Origin: Acutalibacteraceae bacterium
GTDB lineage: Bacteria > Bacillota > Clostridia > Oscillospirales > Acutalibacteraceae
DNA: 46,880 bases
Assembly: GCA_045654865.1 (NCBI GenBank)
Contig: JAZOOE010000011.1
Span: forward strand, 1-46,880
Direction of reading: 5' to 3'
Shown here: positions 31,703 to 39,644 of the stretch, one piece after another
Numbering within the stretch: position 1 is the stretch's first letter
Layout of the letters: the number at the start of each line of letters is the position of its first letter
Notes under the pieces: model-generated
Seen by the model: the letters and a program-made list of their open reading frames with translations, nothing else
What the model was told of the DNA's origin: nothing
Database searches by the model: none
Position numbers and translations under genes: made by a program

Positions 31703-33961
31703 TTATAATGATTCAAGTCCTACAGAGGCTCGCAGAATAAGTCTTGCATCTGAGGATGTGATTTCGCCGTCCTTATCAGCATCAGCTGCCTTGAATTCGG
31801 GTGTGCCGGGAAGATATTTTTCAAGTCCTACGGAGGCTCTCAGCGCAAAGCGTGCATCCGAAGAGGTTATAAGCTCGTCACCGTCTATATCACCCGATAC
31901 CACGGGCTTTTTGCCCGTAAGCTCGCCGCAAAGGTCGCATCTGCCGTCAAATTCGCTGTCGGTATGCTCATCGGCACCATGCTTTACAACACGGTTTCCG
32001 TCAAGCACATAGCCGACGGGAATGTAAAGGTATCTCGTTTCGTCCATTGTGTATTTGCCGGTCTGAGGAACCATAAAATACACCATATCGAAGCGGTATT
32101 CCTTTTCACCGTCCGAAAGCTGATCCTTCAGCGTGTTCTGTGTTGTTTCGGCTCCGATATACAAGCACTCTTCTTCGTTGTTGGGGTCAAACTTATATAA
32201 GGTCTTGCCCGTAATTTTTTGTTGAGTGGAAATCTCGGTTTCTCCCACATGTATATTTACGGGGGATATGATTCTTTGCATTGTTGCGTGAGCCCAGTTT
32301 CCGAAGCCCTGACCGAAATCGGTTTCGTAGCGGTCCTCGATTATATAAAGGTTCCAGTATTCGTTTGTATCGCCCTCAAAGCTTTTCTTTACATTGGTTT
32401 GCGGCTTGCTGATAGTGTGGTCTGATTCAATATCGTTTTTATCCTTCCATTGAGGCATCCAGGGGGAAACTATACGGAATTTGCCGGATTCGGTTAGTTT
32501 TACGTAGTAGGTTGCGCCTCTTATAAGTTCGTAATTGAATCCGCCGCTGAATCCGTCTGCAAAGCTGCCACCCTCGCCCTCTGCAGGAATAATTCTGCCG
32601 TTTGCATCATACACCGTATAATCCCCCTTGCGTATAAAGACGGAGGTTGAGGGGGCTGTGAAGGTGAACCATTGGGGATTTTCCTCGGAAGCCTCGATAT
32701 CCACGGTTTTGCCGATTTCTATTTCCGGAACGTCTGCGGGAATCGGCTCGGTTTCGGGCGCGTGCCTTTCGAAGGTGACGGAGAAGCACGGCTCGGTATA
32801 GAAGCCTTCACGGACTATTGTAACGTACAGACTTCCCTGATAGTCGTCGTCTTTCATGCTTGTGAGCTTTCCGGTGAGTCTTCCGTTTTCGTCAAGGGTA
32901 AGTCCGTCGGGAGCGGAGAAAAACAGTTTTCTGCTGTAGCCTTTGTCGGCAAACTCGATAAGCTGTATATCTATTTCTTCGTTTTCAGCCAAATAAATGG
33001 TTTCTGCATGGATTACCTGCTCGGGCAGAGTATCTATAACCTCGTTGCAATCAATAACGTTTGCCGTGAATATACCCTTGAAGGCTGCTACAGAGATTAT
33101 TCCTTCATTTTTGCCGATTCCATTGATGCGGATATACCAGTTGCTTCTGCCGCTGATAACTTCATACAGCTTGTCATACATTACGCATACAGTTCTGCCG
33201 TCCGTGTATTCGATTGTGCATTTTATATTTTCGTCTGATATAACAGAGCTTCGGGGACCGTCCATCATAATCTCAGAGGTGAAAAAGCTGTCCTCAAAAC
33301 AGTTATAGCCGAGATAAAGAGGATAAATAAACTCCGCGCTTATATTTTTTATTGTGCAGGGGGTGACGATTGCACTTACGTAGCAGCTGCAGCCGCTGTA
33401 GCGGATACGTATATAGTGCTCACCCTCTGTCCAGTTTTCGGAATATTGATCTGTTATATAGTAAACCTCATAATCGGGAATTACGGAGCCGTCAGATGCC
33501 TCAAAATCATATCTGTAATCTTCACGGCGCGCAACAAAATCTTTTACGGTGCCGTCGGAATAGGTTACCGTGAGAATATCGCCCTCTCTGGTGTCAACGG
33601 TAAAAATGCCGCTTGAGCTTGCGTCGGTTTTATATTCAAAGGAATAGGGTGTGACGGGTGTGTAGAAAATTTCTTCCACGTAAATACCGTCATTCTCAGG
33701 ATAAGTGGTGCCACCCTCATAGCCGCCCGTTGTGGTTTCTTCATAATATCCGGTTGTTCCCTCGTAATATCCGGTTGTTGTTTCCTCATAGTACCCTGTG
33801 GTTGTTTCTTCGTAATATCCTGTGGTTGTTTCCTCGTAATAGTCCGTCGGGGCTGCCCTTGATACAAGGAGAGGAAGCTCTGCAATAAAGCAGGAGAGAA
33901 GAATAACTGCTGCAAAAATAACTGAAAGAATTTTTTTTGCAGTGATACTTGTTTTAGTCAT
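31703..33961 (-). CDS. Secreted dockerin-containing protein of unknown function with an N-terminal YYEETTTG repeat linker
   Basis: It has a signal/anchor sequence (KKILSVIFAAVILLSCFIA) and four to five YYEETTTG units. The C-terminal type-I dockerin has the duplicated segments DIDGDELITSSDARFALRASVGL and DADKDGEITSSDARLILRASVGL. Confidence 0.85.
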   Translation of the reverse strand: MTKTSITAKKILSVIFAAVILLSCFIAELPLLVSRAAPTDYYEETTTGYYEETTTGYYEETTTGYYEGTTGYYEETTTGGYEGGTTYPENDGIYVEEIFYTPVTPYSFEYKTDASSSGIFTVDTREGDILTVTYSDGTVKDFVARREDYRYDFEASDGSVIPDYEVYYITDQYSENWTEGEHYIRIRYSGCSCYVSAIVTPCTIKNISAEFIYPLYLGYNCFEDSFFTSEIMMDGPRSSVISDENIKCTIEYTDGRTVCVMYDKLYEVISGRSNWYIRINGIGKNEGIISVAAFKGIFTANVIDCNEVIDTLPEQVIHAETIYLAENEEIDIQLIEFADKGYSRKLFFSAPDGLTLDENGRLTGKLTSMKDDDYQGSLYVTIVREGFYTEPCFSVTFERHAPETEPIPADVPEIEIGKTVDIEASEENPQWFTFTAPSTSVFIRKGDYTVYDANGRIIPAEGEGGSFADGFSGGFNYELIRGATYYVKLTESGKFRIVSPWMPQWKDKNDIESDHTISKPQTNVKKSFEGDTNEYWNLYIIEDRYETDFGQGFGNWAHATMQRIISPVNIHVGETEISTQQKITGKTLYKFDPNNEEECLYIGAETTQNTLKDQLSDGEKEYRFDMVYFMVPQTGKYTMDETRYLYIPVGYVLDGNRVVKHGADEHTDSEFDGRCDLCGELTGKKPVVSGDIDGDELITSSDARFALRASVGLEKYLPGTPEFKAADADKDGEITSSDARLILRASVGLESL
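33707..33841 (-). repeat. Tandem ~24-bp coding repeats (YYEETTTG units)
   Basis: The unit ggttgtttc(c/t)tc(g/a)taatatcc(t/g)gt is reiterated 5 times, once as a 21-bp unit. These encode residues ~41-85. Confidence 0.85.
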
Positions 33962-34011
33962 AATGATACCGCCTTTCGGTAAGATTTCACAGCTTCCGGC
34001 CGTTTATCTTT

Positions 34012-34080
34012 ATTTTAGTCTCCTGAAAAATTAAAGCAATAGGCTATGTAATGAACGGTCGATTTTTGGTATGAACGGTA
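34012..34080 (-). promoter_or_regulatory. Putative LytTR-dependent promoter of the dockerin protein gene
   Basis: On the minus strand the order is TACCGTTCA (34072-34080), then 20 bp later GACCGTTCA (34052-34060), followed by TTACA, TATTG and TAAAAT (34012-34017). The geometry is identical to that at 11584-11652. Confidence 0.65.
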
Positions 34081-34154
34081 TAAAAGCCGTATTTTTGACG
34101 GAACGGGAAAGGGACTTCATAAGGTGATTTTTGCGGGGTTGCATAAAAAGCGGC

Positions 34155-34200
34155 AACAAAAAACGGCATCGCACACCTGAATGGGCGAAGCCGCTTTTTT
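34155..34200 (-). terminator. Probable terminator after the DUF1292 gene
   Basis: The hairpin is cggcatcgc (34164-34172) / gcgaagccg (34185-34193). T-runs are present on both strands. Confidence 0.55.
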
Positions 34201-34235
34201 TGCTTTTCGTTTTTCTTAATAATGTTATCGGAAAA

Positions 34236-34547
34236 TCAATCAACGAAATTGAAATCGTCCTTATGGTTTTCCATAAAAACGGCATAGATCTTGTCAACAA
34301 GCTCCTGATCGTCAATACCGAGATAGGTATCGTATTCGGAATCAAGCTCCTCAACCACCTCAAGGATGTGAACCAGCTCGTCCTCTTCGTCCGTTACGGG
34401 AAGAAGAACAACGTAGTCCTTGCCCTCAAACTCAACGAAATCGAGAATTTCAAATTTTTCTACCTTTCCGTCCTCGTCAACAAACTCAAAGATGTTCGTT
34501 TCCTCGGGCTCGGGTGTGTTGCTTTTGTTTTTGTTGTCTTTGCTCAT
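34236..34547 (-). CDS. DUF1292-family small acidic protein
   Basis: The protein is 103 aa. ..FVDEDGKVEKFEILDFVEFEGKDYVVLLPV..DELVHILEVVE.. is the typical DUF1292 pattern. Confidence 0.8.
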   Translation of the reverse strand: MSKDNKNKSNTPEPEETNIFEFVDEDGKVEKFEILDFVEFEGKDYVVLLPVTDEEDELVHILEVVEELDSEYDTYLGIDDQELVDKIYAVFMENHKDDFNFVD

Positions 34548-34578
34548 AATAAAAATTCCTTTCAGATTATTTGTGAAT

Positions 34579-36096
34579 TTATAAAGTAATATAAAGATTT
34601 TCCAGCTTTACTGCGGCTCTGAGCACAAGTCTTGCATCCAAGGAGGTTATCTCTCCGTCTCTGTCGGCATCCGCGGCAAAGTGAGTTTTGCCCGAAAGGG
34701 TGATAAGACCGACGGCGGCTCTGAGGGTATGACGTGCATCGAGTGCGGTGATGTCACCGTCTCCGTCGGGATCTCCCTTGCTGAAGGCAGAGGACACGGT
34801 GATGGAGAATATCTCGGAAAATTCCTTATAAATTACTATTATGTTCTGCTTTGTATCAATGATCGTGGGATCGGGCTTGCTGATGGAGTAATCGTCAATA
34901 TATACGAAGGAGCCGTCCGAATAAACAAGCCGTACTCTTATTCCGCTGAGGTCGATTATCTCTCCCTTGAGAAAGCTTGTTTCCACAAGGTTGCCGTTTT
35001 TGTCCTTGAATTCCACAAGGATGCTTTCGGGCTCAGCTACGGAGTAGCGAAGCTCAAGCGTAACAAAAAGCTCTCCGAAATAAACGTCGACCTTATTGCC
35101 GGGGCCGACAACGAAATCGGCAGGATTGCAACTGACGGTACAATCCTTTACGCTTACCTCTTCCTTTTCGCCGTTATCATATTCTGCCTCAAGCACGAGA
35201 CCGTCAAGCTCGGGCAGACGTGCGTTATCGTATACGGTAAGGCTTTCGGGAGGAGTCTTTACGGTAAGACCTATAAGCCTTCGGGGAGTGACTGAAATGC
35301 TGACGTCACAGTAAACGTCGGAATATCTGTAGCTTATTCTGATGGTGTGCTCACCCTTTGAAAGCACGCTGCCGTGAGCCTCCCCGTGACATCCGCTTAC
35401 GGTAAAGTCGGGATTTTTTGCAATCTGAGCAAATGAGAAGAGAGTGCTCGGCGCACCGTTTTCATAGTGAAGCTCTGCAATGAGAGCGGATAAATCAAGA
35501 GTCTCGTGCTCAAGATAAGAGACCTTAGGTGCAATTTTTACGCTCAGCGCCGTTACGGGCTGTCTTACCACCGTTACCGTGAATTCCGCGCTAAAGGAAT
35601 TCACGCCGTCGGGAGAATAAGATACGATAACGTTTTTTTCTCCGGGAGAATTCATTTCGGGAGTGAATACCGAGTACCCCGTGATATACGCTTCCGTTTC
35701 GTTTTTGTCAACGCTTACCACGGTAAGACCGTCAAGCACAAGGCTTTCGGTGCCGTCCGTATAGGTAAGCTTGTGGGGAAGAGTCTTTATTCTGATTTCC
35801 TTTATATCTGTTTCCTTGCCGTCGGTGCTTACGGGGGACAGTGCGCTTAACTGTATCCATCCCCACACGCCGTCCTTTGCAACGAAGGCATATCCGAAGC
35901 CCGAACGGATGTCGGTTATTTCAAGATAAGTATTTTTTGTTACCTCGCAAAGCCTGTTGCCCGTGATGCTTGGAACGTGATAGACGGTGGCAACGTCCTT
36001 TGTCACTATATACGTGTCTGCCGTCTGAGCTGCTGCCGCAGTAAGCGCAGAGATCAGCAATACGCCCGCAAGGAGAAAGCTCAATAATTTTTTCAT
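34579..36096 (-). CDS. Secreted dockerin protein with an SH3b-like N-terminal domain and repeated Big_3-like Ig domains
   Basis: It has the signal peptide MKKLLSFLLAGVLLISALTAAAAQ. Four units of the P-x-K-x-x-Y-x-x-G-x-x-LDL-x-GL-x-V type follow. The dockerin segments are DPDGDGDITALDARHTLRAAVGL and DADRDGEITSLDARLVLRAAVKL. Confidence 0.8.
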   Translation of the reverse strand: MKKLLSFLLAGVLLISALTAAAAQTADTYIVTKDVATVYHVPSITGNRLCEVTKNTYLEITDIRSGFGYAFVAKDGVWGWIQLSALSPVSTDGKETDIKEIRIKTLPHKLTYTDGTESLVLDGLTVVSVDKNETEAYITGYSVFTPEMNSPGEKNVIVSYSPDGVNSFSAEFTVTVVRQPVTALSVKIAPKVSYLEHETLDLSALIAELHYENGAPSTLFSFAQIAKNPDFTVSGCHGEAHGSVLSKGEHTIRISYRYSDVYCDVSISVTPRRLIGLTVKTPPESLTVYDNARLPELDGLVLEAEYDNGEKEEVSVKDCTVSCNPADFVVGPGNKVDVYFGELFVTLELRYSVAEPESILVEFKDKNGNLVETSFLKGEIIDLSGIRVRLVYSDGSFVYIDDYSISKPDPTIIDTKQNIIVIYKEFSEIFSITVSSAFSKGDPDGDGDITALDARHTLRAAVGLITLSGKTHFAADADRDGEITSLDARLVLRAAVKLENLYITL

Positions 36097-36117
36097 AATA
36101 CCATTCCGTTATATTTT

Positions 36118-37362
36118 TTACGGGAGAAGCCCGTTTTCAAGGAGAATTTCATACATATCATCAAGACCTACGGAGATTCGCAGGAGCGTTCTTGCGCTCA
36201 TTGACGATACTGTTGATTTCCCGTCAAGAGCAGCTCGTCTGAGAAGCTCGGGATCTGCATAATCGAGTCCCACTACCATACGAAGCACCATTCTTGCATC
36301 GTTTGCGGTTACTTCGCCGTCGGAGTCCACGTCACCGAATTTCTTTTCTTTTATATATTCTTCTCTTTGCTTTCTTTTTTCAAGCTCGCTTTCCTCAAGG
36401 GATACCCACTTTGCATAAAGCACCTTGTCGCCGGTTTCGCCGGGCTTTATTGCGCTTACTTTTTCTCCCGAAAAGTCGCTTTCATAGTACCAGCCGTCAA
36501 AAAAGAAGCGGGCATCGGGAGAGGTAAGGGGATTTATCAGCTGCTCTGTTCCCACCGTATAGCTGACGGGATTGAGGCTGTTATTTGCACCTACGAAGGT
36601 AAAGTTCATATCGCTTCTTGTGGTAATGTGATAATTTATTTCATAGACCTTCGGTATCCAATGGGTTCTGAGAGTGATTTCCTTTGTGCCCTCGGGGATT
36701 ACGTTTATTCGCTTGTCGTTGTCAGCAGACCAGCCGTCAAAGGTATAGCCTGCTCTCGAGGGGAGGGGTAACGCCGTATTCTGCTGTGTTTTTTCCGGAA
36801 AAACGAGAGGGATGCCCTCGGGAAGAATAAGACCGTCCGAGGTGATAAAAATCCTCATACTCTCCGACGGAGCAAATATATAGACCTTTTTGTCGGAGTC
36901 TTCGTCAGAATCGGCGGACGCCAGAAGAATTCTTGCGTAAAGCATAATTCCGCCGTTGGGAGCCTTATCGTATTTCAGCAGCTTCAGTATTTCCTCTGCG
37001 GAAAGCTCCGCCTCGGAGGAGGAAAGCTTTTTTGCCGTAAAAAATTGAGTACCGTTTTCGGACAGCTGGAGATAAAGCTCCGTGGGAGACAAAAGATATG
37101 CCTCGGGAGAGTTTTTCATGGCCTCTACGGTTTTATATTGCTCGAGAGCAAGGGAGCAGACGAATTCGCGCATAGCCTCAGCATCCGCAAGGTGATGGGT
37201 GAAGCTTACTGTGCATTTATCGGATACGCAGTTTTGCGTGAAAGCCGCCTGCTGTATTTCGGGGGCAGGGGTTATCTTATCCTGAGACACCAGTGAGAAA
37301 GCTGATATATGCATTGTGAAGACAAATATAAGCGATAAAAAAAGCGGTAATATTTTTTTCAT
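36118..37362 (-). CDS. Secreted dockerin protein with Listeria-Bacteroides (Flg_new) repeats
   Basis: The RBS AAAGGGAGtgaagagATG selects the start at 37362 (MKKILPLFLSLIFVF..) over the track start at 37434. The repeats are GYTFDGWSAD... and FFFDGWYYESDFSG..LYAKW. The dockerin segment is DVDSDGEVTANDARMVLRMVVGL. Confidence 0.8.
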   Translation of the reverse strand: MKKILPLFLSLIFVFTMHISAFSLVSQDKITPAPEIQQAAFTQNCVSDKCTVSFTHHLADAEAMREFVCSLALEQYKTVEAMKNSPEAYLLSPTELYLQLSENGTQFFTAKKLSSSEAELSAEEILKLLKYDKAPNGGIMLYARILLASADSDEDSDKKVYIFAPSESMRIFITSDGLILPEGIPLVFPEKTQQNTALPLPSRAGYTFDGWSADNDKRINVIPEGTKEITLRTHWIPKVYEINYHITTRSDMNFTFVGANNSLNPVSYTVGTEQLINPLTSPDARFFFDGWYYESDFSGEKVSAIKPGETGDKVLYAKWVSLEESELEKRKQREEYIKEKKFGDVDSDGEVTANDARMVLRMVVGLDYADPELLRRAALDGKSTVSSMSARTLLRISVGLDDMYEILLENGLLP

Positions 37363-37710
37363 CTCTTCACTCCCTTTCCGTGTCCGTCTGCGTGATATAT
37401 CAAGTACCGATACTATTATATAAATATAAGGCACCGCAAGTCAAGAAGAATAAGTTGGCAAGGGGATGTAAAAAAGGAGAATACCGCATAAAACTATATA
37501 CAACAAGGGGTTCTGCAGATATTGAGCCTGTGGAACCACAAAATTATGTGAAAATTTCAGAAATCGGTTAAATTTTTTGTTTTATACTGCGAATAAACCT
37601 CGCCATCCGACGTACCTGCGTACGCCGTCTAGCAAGCAAAACCAAGGCTCTCTCCTTGATTCCCCCTCTCGGTTTGTCCGTTCTTCATCTTTTTTCTATC
37701 TCCTTAAAAT

Positions 37711-37743
37711 GAGCTGTAAAAAACTTTCGTTTTTTTACAGCTC
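37711..37743. other. Symmetric A/T-flanked hairpin in a 420-bp gene-free region
   Basis: The hairpin is gagctgtaaaaaa (37711-37723) / tttttttacagctc (37730-37743) with the loop ctttcg. It does not follow any annotated gene on either strand. Confidence 0.5.
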
Positions 37744-37853
37744 CCTTCTGTCGGCAGAATGACGATTTATGACTAATTTAAAAGTTGCTATGGACTTTTT
37801 TTCAGGTTTATGATAACATAGAAATAGTTTTTTGAACAGCAGAGGTGTGAGTC

Positions 37854-39338
37854 TTGGCTAAAATAGGTTTTGATAATGACAAATATCTGAGAATGCAATC
37901 GGAATGTATACAGGAGCGTATTGCTCAGTTCGGAGGAAAGCTTTATCTTGAATTCGGAGGAAAGCTTTTTGATGATTATCACGCTTCAAGAGTGCTTCCC
38001 GGCTTTCAGCCCGACAGCAAGATAAAAATGCTTTACGAGCTTCGTCAGCAGGCTGAAGTCGTTATTGTAATTTCCGCGGATGCAATTGAAAAGAATAAGC
38101 GCAGAGGAGATCTGGGAATCACTTACGATTCTGATTGTCTTCGTCTTATAGATGCCTTCAGAGAGATCGGAATCTTTGTGGGCAGCGTCTGCATCACTCA
38201 GTTTGCTCAGCAGAGTGCCGCTATCAGCTTTCAGAAAAGACTTGAAAATCTCGGAATGAAGGTATACAGACACTATCTCATTCCCGATTATCCCGCAAAC
38301 ATTCCCCTTATAGTAAGTGACGACGGCTTCGGTCGTAACGACTTTATCGAAACCGAGCGCTCTCTTGTCGTTGTTACGGCACCCGGCCCCGGCTCGGGAA
38401 AAATGGCTGTCTGTCTTTCTCAGCTTTATCACGAGCATAAAAGAGGACAAAAGGCAGGATATTCCAAGTTTGAGACCTTCCCTATATGGAATCTTCCCCT
38501 CAAGCATCCCGTGAACGTGGCTTATGAGGCCGCAACAGCCGATCTCAACGACGTAAATATGATAGATCCCTTCCATCTTGAGGCATACGGTGTCACAACG
38601 GTAAACTATAACCGTGACGTTGAGATATTCCCCGTGCTCAACGCCATTCTGACAAAGATTCTCGGAGAAAGCATATATAAATCCCCCACAGATATGGGTG
38701 TAAATATGGTAGGTAACTGCATTTTTGACGATGAAGCCGTATGTGCGGCATCAAAGCAGGAGGTCATCAGAAGATATTATGAGGCAGCCTGTCTTGCACG
38801 TCAGGGGCTTGGCGATCCCGCAGTTGTGCACAGAATAGAAATTCTTATGAATCAGCTGGGTATTACCACCGCTGACAGGCCCTCTGCAGGAGCGGCTCTT
38901 AAAAAGGCTGATGAGACCGCAGAGCCCGCCGCCGCCGTTGAAATGCCCGATGGTGAGATAATTACGGGAAAGACCTCGGCTCTTCTCGGCGCATCCTCCG
39001 CTATGCTTATAAACGTAATCAAGAGGCTTGCCGATATTCCCGACGAGGTGCTTCTTCTGTCCCCCTCGATAATCGAGCCTATAACCAAGCTTAAAACGGA
39101 ATCAATGGGAAGCCATAATCCCCGTCTGCACGTGGATGAGGTGCTTATTGCTCTTTCAATATGTGCCGCCACAAATCCTGTTGCAAAAAAGGCGCTTGAA
39201 CAGCTTCCCGCTCTCAAGGGCCTTGAGGGACATTCCTCGGTAATGCTTTCCTCCGTTGACGTTCAGACCTTCAAGAAGCTGGGTATCAATATGACCTGTG
39301 AGCCCAAGAGTCAGACGAAAAAGCTTTACTATAAATAA
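37854..39338 (+). CDS. DUF1846 (UPF0371) family protein
   Basis: It uses a TTG start with AGAGGTG 6 nt upstream. KIGFDNDKYLRMQSECIQERI...YHASRVLPGFQPDSK is the conserved UPF0371 N-terminus. The protein is 494 aa. Confidence 0.85.
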   Translation: MAKIGFDNDKYLRMQSECIQERIAQFGGKLYLEFGGKLFDDYHASRVLPGFQPDSKIKMLYELRQQAEVVIVISADAIEKNKRRGDLGITYDSDCLRLIDAFREIGIFVGSVCITQFAQQSAAISFQKRLENLGMKVYRHYLIPDYPANIPLIVSDDGFGRNDFIETERSLVVVTAPGPGSGKMAVCLSQLYHEHKRGQKAGYSKFETFPIWNLPLKHPVNVAYEAATADLNDVNMIDPFHLEAYGVTTVNYNRDVEIFPVLNAILTKILGESIYKSPTDMGVNMVGNCIFDDEAVCAASKQEVIRRYYEAACLARQGLGDPAVVHRIEILMNQLGITTADRPSAGAALKKADETAEPAAAVEMPDGEIITGKTSALLGASSAMLINVIKRLADIPDEVLLLSPSIIEPITKLKTESMGSHNPRLHVDEVLIALSICAATNPVAKKALEQLPALKGLEGHSSVMLSSVDVQTFKKLGINMTCEPKSQTKKLYYK

Positions 39339-39367
39339 ATCAGCTTGAAATAAAATATGAAACTAAG

Positions 39368-39399
39368 GGAGAGTGAGAGGTAGTCTCGCTCTCCTTTTT
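39368..39399 (+). terminator. Intrinsic terminator of the DUF1846 gene
   Basis: The stem is ggagagtgaga (39368-39378) / tctcgctctcc (39384-39394), followed by ttttt. Confidence 0.85.
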
Positions 39400-39566
39400 G
39401 CTTGTCTGAAGCCTAAGGAATCCGAAAAAATTGATAAGCCTTGATAAACGGGGTATTTTGTTTTCTTGTTTTTTTCAAAATCGGGGATATATTTTCGGCA
39501 TTTTGCTGAAAATGTCGGACAAAAATCAGCCGAAGAGCCAAAATCCGACGAACGAGGACAATAATG

Positions 39567-39595
39567 TTGACAATTAGTCACAAACAATTTATAAT
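39567..39595 (+). promoter_or_regulatory. Consensus sigma-A promoter of the four-gene operon 39645-43964
   Basis: TTGACA (39567-39572) is followed by a 17-nt spacer and TATAAT (39590-39595), about 50 nt upstream of the start codon. Confidence 0.75.
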
Positions 39596-39644
39596 TTATT
39601 CATAAATTGCATTTCAGGCAATTTTTGGGAAATGGAGAATAAAT

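Noticed and set aside
39495-39520. An imperfect palindrome cggcatttt-gctg-aaaatgtcg upstream of the consensus promoter at 39567, considered as an operator.
   Set aside because: It is a single occurrence with a G-T mismatch and no associated regulator gene or repeat of the motif elsewhere in the window. The support is insufficient.
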